Shown here in pieces: positions 43,139 to 50,862 of a DNA stretch of 64,000 bases (position 1 is its first letter; each line of letters starts with the position of its first letter). The notes below the pieces were generated by a model. The model was not told the DNA's origin. It saw only the letters and a program-made list of their open reading frames with translations, and made no database searches. Location of the stretch: the NCBI GenBank assembly GCA_963755025.1, contig CAVWIH010000014.1:128001-192000 (forward strand), read 5' to 3'. The stretch is from an uncultured Actinomycetes bacterium. Its GTDB lineage: Bacteria > Actinomycetota > Thermoleophilia > UBA2241. A program made the position numbers and the translations under genes.

Positions 43139-44032
43139 TTAGAGCGGCACGCCGCCGTCGGGCGGCAGCGGCACCGGGGTGTGCAACGACGCCGCGCGCA
43201 CCGTCGCCCCGGCCGCCGCGATCATGACTGTGACGATGGCCGCCACGTCGAGCGCGCTCAGCGTCTGGCCGACGAACAGAAAGCCGGTGAGGGCGGCGAT
43301 CGCCGGCTCCAGGCTGAGCAGCACGCTGTAGGTCGCGGCCCGCACCAGGCGCAGGGCGATGAGCTCGAGAAAGTAGGGCGCCGCCGACGACACGAGGCCG
43401 ACGAAGGCCCCCAGGGCCACCGCCGACGGATGGTGCACGAGGCGTGGCGCGAACAGCAGGGCCACCGGGGTCAGCATGAGCGCCGAACCCGTGAAGATGA
43501 GGGTCGTCACCTGCAGCGGCTCGAGCACCCCGAGGGCGCGCCGGGCGAGCACCAGGTACAGGCCCCAGAACAGGGCGGCCGACAAGGCCAGGACGAGGCC
43601 ACCCAGCCCGATCGACCCACTCGGGCCGACGAGCACGGCGATGCCCACCGCCGCGAGGCCGACCCAGACGAAGTCGGACGGCCGCCGCGAGCCCAGGACC
43701 GCCACCACGAGCGGGCCCGAGAACTCGATGGCCACGACGATGCCGATGGGCGCCTGCGAGATCGCCCCGTAAAAGCTCAGGTTCATGCACAGCAGGCTCA
43801 GCGCGAGCAGGGCGACCGTGCGGCGCTGCCCGGGCGGCGGCAGGCGCAGCGAGCGCGGCCGCACCGCGATCAACACGAGGGCGGCCGTCGTGGTGCGCAG
43901 CCAGTTGGCGTCGACGACACCCACGGCGCCGATGACCTTCGTGGCCAGGGCGGAGCCGCTCTGCATCATGAAGGCGATGACGATGACGAGCAGCGGCGCC
44001 ACCAGCGGGCCACGGGCGGCTCGCGGGCTCAT
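43139..44032 (-). CDS. EamA/DMT transporter (RhtA-like)
   Basis: IEFSGPL, PYFLE and LSLEPAIAAL. Confidence 0.87.
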   Translation of the reverse strand: MSPRAARGPLVAPLLVIVIAFMMQSGSALATKVIGAVGVVDANWLRTTTAALVLIAVRPRSLRLPPPGQRRTVALLALSLLCMNLSFYGAISQAPIGIVVAIEFSGPLVVAVLGSRRPSDFVWVGLAAVGIAVLVGPSGSIGLGGLVLALSAALFWGLYLVLARRALGVLEPLQVTTLIFTGSALMLTPVALLFAPRLVHHPSAVALGAFVGLVSSAAPYFLELIALRLVRAATYSVLLSLEPAIAALTGFLFVGQTLSALDVAAIVTVMIAAAGATVRAASLHTPVPLPPDGGVPL

Positions 44033-45273
44033 CGCTCCGTACCGGCCAGCGCGAACCAGACCCAGGCTCCGCCGGCCAGGCAGAGCGCCGCCGCGCCGCC
44101 GAACAGCGCCGGCGCCCCCAGACGGGCGTAGACGAAGCCGCCGACCGACGGACCGACGACGGCGCCGACACCCCAGCCCACCGTCTGCGTGACGGTCTGG
44201 CCCGTCGAGAGCAGGCGGCGCGGCACCAGCCGCCCGACGACCACCACGACGCCCACGTAGCTGAGCGCGAAGGCCACGCCGTCACCGGCGGCCACCAGCG
44301 CCAGGGCGAGCGGCGAGTGCAGGAACGACCAGGCCAGGAACACGAGGCCGTAGGCCAGCGAGCCGGCGACGAACACCGAACGCAGGCCGAAACGCCGTGC
44401 CAGCCCCGAGCTCCAGTGCATGACGGGGATCTCGATCAGGGCGCCGAGGCCGGCGGCCACGCCCACGAGAAAGGGCCCGCCGCCGGTGCCCACGATACGC
44501 AGGCTCACGAAGTCGAGGGCGGCGTAGGTGCCCGCGCTCGAGATCACCATGCCGACCAGGAACGACAAAAGGCCGGGCGAGGCGCGAAACACGTCGCCGA
44601 GCGCGCCGTAGCGCGACGCGGCGCGCACGGGCGCCGGCGCGCCGGCCGGCAGGCGCAGGGTCCACAGGCCGAAGGCGACGGTGCCGGCCGCGTAGAGCGG
44701 CAGGACCGGGCTCAGGCCGACGACCTCGTAAAGGGCGCCGAAGCCGATGACCGCAAGGCCCCAGCCGAGGCTCGCCCACAACCTGATGCGGCCGTACTCG
44801 CTCATGCGCTCCGCGCCGAGGTAGGCCACGGCAAGCCCGTCCGACAGCGGCGCGGCGGGCGCCGAGCATGCCGTCATGAGCACGGCGCTCGCGAGGATCG
44901 CCCAGAACAGGGGCCCGCTCACGGCCAGCGCCAGGGCGAAGAACGCAGTCGCCGTCGACGACACGACGAGCACACGCACGGCGCCCAGGCGGGTGTCGGC
45001 CAGGTGGCTCCAGAGCGGCGCCGCGAGGGCGCCGACCAGCGCGATCACGGCGAACACGAGCCCGATGCGCTGCGGCGTAAGGCCGCGCCCGCTGAGCAGC
45101 AATGCGAAGAAGGGAATGAACGCCGAGCCGCCGACGCCGGCGATCAGAAAGAGCAGGCGCAGCGACCACAGGCCGCCGAGGTCGGGCCGCCCCCGACCGC
45201 GTGCCGGCGCAGACCGCGCCGCCCCCGCGTGCGCTTCGTCGGGGCCGTCCGGCTGTCCTGTGAGCTCGCTCAT
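44029..45273 (-). CDS. MFS transporter (MFS_1-like)
   Basis: About 12 TM segments; YGRIRLWASLGW and IEIPV. Confidence 0.85.
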   Translation of the reverse strand: MSELTGQPDGPDEAHAGAARSAPARGRGRPDLGGLWSLRLLFLIAGVGGSAFIPFFALLLSGRGLTPQRIGLVFAVIALVGALAAPLWSHLADTRLGAVRVLVVSSTATAFFALALAVSGPLFWAILASAVLMTACSAPAAPLSDGLAVAYLGAERMSEYGRIRLWASLGWGLAVIGFGALYEVVGLSPVLPLYAAGTVAFGLWTLRLPAGAPAPVRAASRYGALGDVFRASPGLLSFLVGMVISSAGTYAALDFVSLRIVGTGGGPFLVGVAAGLGALIEIPVMHWSSGLARRFGLRSVFVAGSLAYGLVFLAWSFLHSPLALALVAAGDGVAFALSYVGVVVVVGRLVPRRLLSTGQTVTQTVGWGVGAVVGPSVGGFVYARLGAPALFGGAAALCLAGGAWVWFALAGTER

Positions 45274-45352
45274 CGGCTCGCATGGTAGCAGCTCAGATGA
45301 GCGAAGGACGCCGCGCCGCGCGGGCGGCGGCGGGTGCTGAGGCGGCGCCGCC

Positions 45353-45766
45353 TTAGGAGCGGGGCACCGCGCGCCGGTCGCTCACCGAGTAGAGCACGCC
45401 GGTCTCGACCGTCGGGATCAGAAAGCCGCTGCCGCCCTCGCGCGCGTCGTCGAGCGAGCGGCCCAGCGCATACGACAGGGCCGGCGTGGGTTCGGCGAGC
45501 CAGCGATACGTGTTGACAAGGCCGCTGCTGGCCGGTTGTGGACCGTACACCGTCTCGCACCAGGTGTCGCCGTCGTCGAGCAGCAGGTAGCGGCGGCGCT
45601 TGGCGTGCGGCACAGGGTCGTCGAGCAGCCAGGCCGTGCGCGGCACGCTCTCAAAGGCCACGGTGCGGTTGGGAGCGCGGCCCAGCGCCCGCATGGCGTC
45701 GAGATACTGACGCACGCTCTTCTTGAGTTGCGCCCTCGTCGTGGACGCTATGATCGTCGTGTTCAC
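45353..45766 (-). CDS. Hypothetical protein
   Basis: RBS GGAGGAG before GTG; globular-looking 137-aa ORF. Confidence 0.65.
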   Translation of the reverse strand: MNTTIIASTTRAQLKKSVRQYLDAMRALGRAPNRTVAFESVPRTAWLLDDPVPHAKRRRYLLLDDGDTWCETVYGPQPASSGLVNTYRWLAEPTPALSYALGRSLDDAREGGSGFLIPTVETGVLYSVSDRRAVPRS

Positions 45767-45936
45767 CGGCTCCTCCGTGCCCGTCGGCGGCGCGAGACCG
45801 TTCGCCTGCGCACCGCTCTCCTAGTTCGCGCCGACAGGCGGACTCTCCTACTACTACTTACTAGTTTACTCAGAAGACCCGTTGCCTGGACGCGTTACGG
45901 CGTCCGAGCGCCGCCCCGATACGGCATACTTGGCAG

Positions 45937-46404
45937 ATGGACTCGCGTTCGTCACCCTGGGCGAGGCTCGCCGTCGTCACCATCTACGCGGCCGCGATGG
46001 CGCTCGTCGAGGCCATGGTCGTCTACTACCTGCGCCGCCTGTTCGCCCTGCAGTACTCGGCCGTGTTCACGGCGGGGCACTTCAGCTTTCCCCGCGCCTA
46101 CCTGCGCCACGAACAGCTGCGCGAAGCGGCGACCATCGTCATGCTGCTGGCGGTGGCCTTCCTGGCGGGCCGCGGCCCGTGGCAGAAGGTCGCCTACTTC
46201 CTCTTTGCCTTCGGCGTCTGGGACATCGGCTACTACGTGTCGCTCAAGGTCATGCTCGACTGGCCGGCCTCGCTCGCCACCCGCGACCTGCTCTTTCTGA
46301 GCCCGTCGCAGTGGTGGGCCCCGGTGTGGGAGCCGCTGCTCGCCTCGGTCGTCTTCGTCGTGGCCGGCTGCGCCCTGCTGCTCGCCGGCCAGAGGCGGCG
46401 ATGA
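45937..46404 (+). CDS. Hypothetical membrane protein
   Basis: VEAMVVYYLR, REAATIVML, WDIGYY and PVWEP; 4 TM segments; ATGA overlap with next gene. Confidence 0.75.
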   Translation: MDSRSSPWARLAVVTIYAAAMALVEAMVVYYLRRLFALQYSAVFTAGHFSFPRAYLRHEQLREAATIVMLLAVAFLAGRGPWQKVAYFLFAFGVWDIGYYVSLKVMLDWPASLATRDLLFLSPSQWWAPVWEPLLASVVFVVAGCALLLAGQRRR

Positions 46405-47330
46405 GCGGCGGTGGTGCGCTGTCGGCGCCGCGCGACGCGGCGACGGCAGGCGACGCGGCGCCGGCCGCAGGCGAACCGCCGGCGCTGCGCGTCGCCACCT
46501 TCAACATCCGCAACGGGATCGCCTTCGATGGTCTCGACTCGTGGCCCCTGCGCCGCCGTGCGACCGCTCAGGCCATCGCCGACTTAGACGCCGACCTCAT
46601 CGGCTTGCAGGAGGTCTACGGCTTTCAGCAGCGCTACCTGATGGGCCGCGCGCCGGGCTACGAGGCCACCGGCGTGGGGCGCACCGACGGCCGCGGGCGA
46701 GGCGAGCGCTGCGCCGTGCTCTACCGCAGCGCTCGCCTCGCCCTCACGAGCTCGACGACGCGCTGGTTCTCCGACACGCCCGACCTGCCCGGTTCGACCG
46801 GCTGGGGGAACCGCCAGCCCCGCGTCGTCACGCTGGCGCGCTTCATCGACCTCGCCACCGGACGCGCCTTCGGCCTGGCCGACTGCCACCTCGAGGGCGC
46901 CCCCGCCGTCGCGCGACACCGCAGCGCGGCGGCGCTTCCAACGTGGCTCGACCCCGCGCTGCCATGGATCGTCGCCGGCGACCTGAACGCCGAGCCCGAC
47001 GACCAGGCCCTGCGCACCCTGCTCGCCGCGGGGCTGCGCGACGTCTTCGCGCCCGCGGCGGCGGCGCCCGTCGCGGCGCCGCCCACCACCCGCCCCCGGG
47101 GCGCGGAGCGGGCGCGGCGCATCGACTACCTGCTGGTCACGCGTGAGTGGCGGGTCGGCGCGGCGGCGGTGGCGGCCGCCGGCCGCCACCGCCGCGCCTC
47201 GGACCACCTGCCGGTCGTGGCGACCCTGCGCCTGCTCCCCGACCGGCCGAAGGCTGCAGGACCCGCCGCCATTGCCTACACTGAGTCCAAGGATGAGACG
47301 CACGAGCGGCACACGAAGGAGCCCACATGA
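46401..47330 (+). CDS. Endonuclease/exonuclease/phosphatase family protein
   Basis: ATFNIR, GLQEV, GDLN, RIDY and ASDHLPV. Confidence 0.88.
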   Translation: MSGGGALSAPRDAATAGDAAPAAGEPPALRVATFNIRNGIAFDGLDSWPLRRRATAQAIADLDADLIGLQEVYGFQQRYLMGRAPGYEATGVGRTDGRGRGERCAVLYRSARLALTSSTTRWFSDTPDLPGSTGWGNRQPRVVTLARFIDLATGRAFGLADCHLEGAPAVARHRSAAALPTWLDPALPWIVAGDLNAEPDDQALRTLLAAGLRDVFAPAAAAPVAAPPTTRPRGAERARRIDYLLVTREWRVGAAAVAAAGRHRRASDHLPVVATLRLLPDRPKAAGPAAIAYTESKDETHERHTKEPT

Positions 47331-47369
47331 CGACGCCCGGCGCGCGCGCCTGCTACAGCAGGTGACCCC

Positions 47370-48554
47370 ATGACGCAGGCGGCGCCCGTCCCACCCGCAG
47401 GCCGGCGCCTGTTCGGCCGCGTCCGTTCGGTCGAGGCCGCCGGCTTGCTGATCGCGGTGCTCGTGGCCGTCGCCTTCCTCGTGTGGGGCGCCCACATGGG
47501 GCGCGCCCGGGAGGGCGCCGCCGACCCAGCCTGGCCGGCGGGTAGCGGCAGCCTTGTGGTGTGGCGTGGCAGCGACGGCGCGCTCACGGCGCGCGTCACC
47601 AGCGCCTCCGGGGTCGCCACCGAAACGTCGCTCGGCGCCGGTGACGACGTACGGCTCGTGGCCGGCGGCGCGCGTCCCGTGGTGTTGGTCAGCGGGGCCG
47701 ACGGCGGGCACCGGCTGCTGCGCTACGCGCCCGACCAGCGCTCCTGGTCCGCTCTCGCCACGTCGCTGCACCCGGGCGAGCTCACGTCGGCGGCGATGTC
47801 CGCCGGCCTCGCCTACGTGCCGGTGGGCGCCGGAACGACGGCCGCGGTCGTCGCCGTGCGCCCCGACGGCGCCGTGGCCGCACGCTACCCGCTGCCCCTC
47901 CTCGAGCCCGACCCGAACGCCCTCCTGGCGCAGCCGGGCCAGGCGGCCGGGGCGGGGACGCGCGCGGCCGGCCGCGGCCACGTGGTCGCCCTCCTTGCCG
48001 TGCACGGCGACGTGCTGGCGGTCACCGCCACGTCCTTCGCCGCCGCGATCACCGACCTGCGCACCGGCGCCAGAGTCTCGCTGGGCAGCTACACGCGGAT
48101 CGTCGCGGCGACGGTCGGCGGCGACGGCTCCGTCTACCTCCTCGCCGGCAGCGCCGACCCCGCCTTCACGCTGCGCTTCTTACGCATCGACCCGCGCACC
48201 ATGCGCTCGCTCGCGGCCTGGGACACGGGCGTCGCGGCTTCGTCGCAACCCGCTTGGGGACTGCCCACGCGCTTCGGCGCAATCGTCTACTCACCCGGTA
48301 CGCCGCACTCGATCGACGCCTACTCGGGGACCAACGTCTGGCTGCTCGACGGCGGCGGCGCGCGCACGAACTCGGCCGTGTCGTCGAACGCGGGCGTGCG
48401 CATGGGTCCGGGAGCGGGCGACAGCGTGCTGCTCTACGGCGCGCCCGCCGGCGGCGCGGTGTCGCGACTCGACACCGACAACGGCGTGCTCAGCCGGGCG
48501 GGCGGCCGGCTCAGCGCGCCGCCGGGCGCGACCGTCCTCCTCGCCGCTGACTAG
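47370..48554 (+). CDS. Membrane-anchored hypothetical protein, probably beta-rich extracellular
   Basis: N-terminal TM helix followed by short beta-strand-like segments; coding-like codon use. Confidence 0.6.
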   Translation: MTQAAPVPPAGRRLFGRVRSVEAAGLLIAVLVAVAFLVWGAHMGRAREGAADPAWPAGSGSLVVWRGSDGALTARVTSASGVATETSLGAGDDVRLVAGGARPVVLVSGADGGHRLLRYAPDQRSWSALATSLHPGELTSAAMSAGLAYVPVGAGTTAAVVAVRPDGAVAARYPLPLLEPDPNALLAQPGQAAGAGTRAAGRGHVVALLAVHGDVLAVTATSFAAAITDLRTGARVSLGSYTRIVAATVGGDGSVYLLAGSADPAFTLRFLRIDPRTMRSLAAWDTGVAASSQPAWGLPTRFGAIVYSPGTPHSIDAYSGTNVWLLDGGGARTNSAVSSNAGVRMGPGAGDSVLLYGAPAGGAVSRLDTDNGVLSRAGGRLSAPPGATVLLAAD

Positions 48555-48730
48555 GCGCGGGACGTAGTCACGCCTGTCTGAGCCGGCGACGACGCAGTCC
48601 GTCGGCGGGACTAGGCGCGCGACGAAGTCACGCCTGCCTGAGCCGGCGACGACGAAGTCGGTCGACGGGACTAGGCGCGCGACGTAGTCACGCCTGTCTG
48701 AGCCGGCGACGACGCAGTCGATCGGCGGAG
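48551..48730. repeat. Three tandem 60-bp repeats, each with two GAC-GNA-GTC hairpin cores (REP/BIME-like)
   Basis: Units start at 48551, 48611 and 48671 with ctaggcgcg; gacgNagtc every 30 bp (6 copies); partial 4th unit at 49722-49735. Confidence 0.92.
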
Positions 48731-49725
48731 CTAGATGATTGATTCCACGAGATTCGCCTCAGGCAAGGAAAGAGAAGCAGAGAGGCCGAAGCCGACGGTG
48801 CCCTAAGTCACCGTCTGCCCGGAGGCCACGATGGACGCCGACCTCGACACTCTCTGCACCGTGGTTTATTGCACAGCCGACGATCTTCTGCCAGAGGCAC
48901 GGCGTAACGCCCGCCGCCGCGTGAGCGACGCCGAGGTCGTCACCCTCTGCGTGGCCCAGGCGATCATGGGGATCCCATCCGACCGGCGCTTCCTGGCGAC
49001 GGCCCGCAAGCGCCTCGTCCATCTGTTCCCCGACGTGCCTCGCCAGGCCGGCTATCACAAACGCCGCCGCCGTCTGGCCGACACGATCGAGTGGCTCACG
49101 GGCGTCTTCGCCAGCAAAAGCCCGGGCTTTACGGACGACCTTCTGCTGTGCGACTCGACCCCGCTGCCCTGCGCCGCCAGCCGCGAGACGGCCAAGCGCT
49201 CAGCGCTTGGCGAGGCCGCCGGCTACGGCTACTGTGCCGCCCACTCGCGCTGGTTCTGGGGCTTTCGCCTCCACCTGCTGGTGGCTCCCGATGGTACCCC
49301 GCGGGCCTTTACGCTCGCCGATCCCGCCCGCGGCGAACGCGAGGTGGCCCTCGAGCTGCTGCGACGCGCGGCGCGCGGCGGTGAGGTCCTTCTGTGCGAC
49401 AAGGGCTACGCCGGGCGCGAGTTCGCTCGCGGGGCCGCCGAGCGCGGCGTCGCTGTGGTGCGACCTGCGCGCAAGGACGAGACCGCAGCCGGCCCGTACC
49501 TGGCGCCCATCCGCCAGCGCATCGAGTCGATCTTCTGGACGGCCAAGGATCTGCTCACCCTGGAGCGCCACGGGGCACGCACCATGGCGGGGCTACGCGA
49601 GCGTATCCTGCAACGCTTCTGCTGCCTGGCGGTCTGCATCAGCCTCAACCACCGGCTGGGACGGCCGAGCCGCGCCCTGGTCGACTACTGCGCCTGAGGC
49701 TGTGGGCGTGGAATCAATCATCTAG
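48731..49725 (+). mobile_element. IS982-family insertion sequence inserted at CTAG
   Basis: Perfect inverted repeats ATGATTGATTCCACG (48735-48749) and CGTGGAATCAATCAT (49707-49721), each flanked by CTAG. Confidence 0.9.
48831..49697 (+). CDS. IS982-family DDE transposase
   Basis: SDAEVVTL, DSTP, GYGYCAAHSRWFWG, DKGY and RQRIES; intact ORF with RBS GGAGG. Confidence 0.88.
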   Translation: MDADLDTLCTVVYCTADDLLPEARRNARRRVSDAEVVTLCVAQAIMGIPSDRRFLATARKRLVHLFPDVPRQAGYHKRRRRLADTIEWLTGVFASKSPGFTDDLLLCDSTPLPCAASRETAKRSALGEAAGYGYCAAHSRWFWGFRLHLLVAPDGTPRAFTLADPARGEREVALELLRRAARGGEVLLCDKGYAGREFARGAAERGVAVVRPARKDETAAGPYLAPIRQRIESIFWTAKDLLTLERHGARTMAGLRERILQRFCCLAVCISLNHRLGRPSRALVDYCA

Positions 49726-50849
49726 GCGCGCGACGCACCCCAGGCGAGCCAGCGCGCGGGGTTGTCGACCATGAGGCGGCGCAGCGTCGCGGCGTCGACC
49801 CCGGCCGCGGCGAAGTGCGCCGGCAGGGCGCGGACGAGGTGCGCGTACCCGCAGCCCCCGTAGGCGGCCAGCCTGATCTTCATGGCGATGTCGTGAGAGA
49901 CCAGGAGGCTGCCGGAGAAGCCCTCGGCGCAGAGCGCGGCGACCGCCGCGACGCGCTCGTGGTCGGCGCGCGACGGCTCGGCGCCGTCACCGGCCGGCCG
50001 GGGGCCGCGCGGCGCGGGCCAGCCGAAGCCGTCGAAGGCGACGAACGCGCCCTCGCGGGCTATCTCGCGGCAAAAGTCGAGGTCGATGCCCGGCCCGGAA
50101 GCGTCACCCGGACCGGATGGGTCGCTGTCGTCGGCGTCGAGGCCCGAGTCGAGGTGGCAGACGGCGACCCGGCCGGGGTCGACGCCGTGCTCCTTCAAGA
50201 CGAGCAGCGCCTCGAGTCCCATGTGCCCGGGCGCCACCGAATGCAGCGAGACCGGTGCGCCCGTGGCGCGCTGCGCGCGGGCGGCCGCCTGCAGCACGCG
50301 CAACTCGACCGGGGCGATGCTCCGCGACGACACGCCGATCTCGCCGATCAGGCCGCAGGGCGGGGAGCCCTGCGCGTCGGGCGCCAGGTCGGCGAGCAGC
50401 TCCGCGGCAATCTCGTCGACCGTGGCGGCGACCGTGCCCGGTGAGACCAGATCGGCGGTGTAGTGGCCGCAGCCGGCCACCACGTGCAGGCCGGTGGCGC
50501 GCGCGAGGCGCGCCAGCGCGGCGCGGTCGCGCCCCAGCTCGTCGGGCGTCTGGTCGACGACCGCGCGACCGCCGGCGGCAGCGTACAGCCCAAGCTCGGC
50601 GACTATCTCGTCGAAGTCGTCGAGGCGCAGGTTGGCGCGGTTGCCGAGCGGGTCGCGACGGACGCGGTCGAGGTCGGCCGCCGTGAGCGGCTCGTCGGCG
50701 AAGGCCGACGCCGGCGCGCCGGCCGGCGGCCAGTCGAGGCCCCCGTCGAGCGCGCAGATGAGGTGTTCGTGCGGCAGGCAGACGCCGAGCTCGGCCGGCG
50801 CGATCGGTCCGAGCACGCTCACGACCTTGCCCGTCGGCGCCCCGGCCAC
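49722..50849 (-). CDS. Phosphotriesterase-related amidohydrolase (start placed after the upstream gene's stop)
   Basis: CLPHEHL, GLIGEIG, SLHS, CHLD, SHD and DNPARWL. Confidence 0.87.
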   Translation of the reverse strand: MAGAPTGKVVSVLGPIAPAELGVCLPHEHLICALDGGLDWPPAGAPASAFADEPLTAADLDRVRRDPLGNRANLRLDDFDEIVAELGLYAAAGGRAVVDQTPDELGRDRAALARLARATGLHVVAGCGHYTADLVSPGTVAATVDEIAAELLADLAPDAQGSPPCGLIGEIGVSSRSIAPVELRVLQAAARAQRATGAPVSLHSVAPGHMGLEALLVLKEHGVDPGRVAVCHLDSGLDADDSDPSGPGDASGPGIDLDFCREIAREGAFVAFDGFGWPAPRGPRPAGDGAEPSRADHERVAAVAALCAEGFSGSLLVSHDIAMKIRLAAYGGCGYAHLVRALPAHFAAAGVDAATLRRLMVDNPARWLAWGASRA

Positions 50850-50862
50850 CGCGCGCCCCGGG

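Noticed and set aside
48551-48730. Possible CRISPR array
   Set aside because: The sequences between repeats are themselves repeated (no unique spacers) and no cas genes are present
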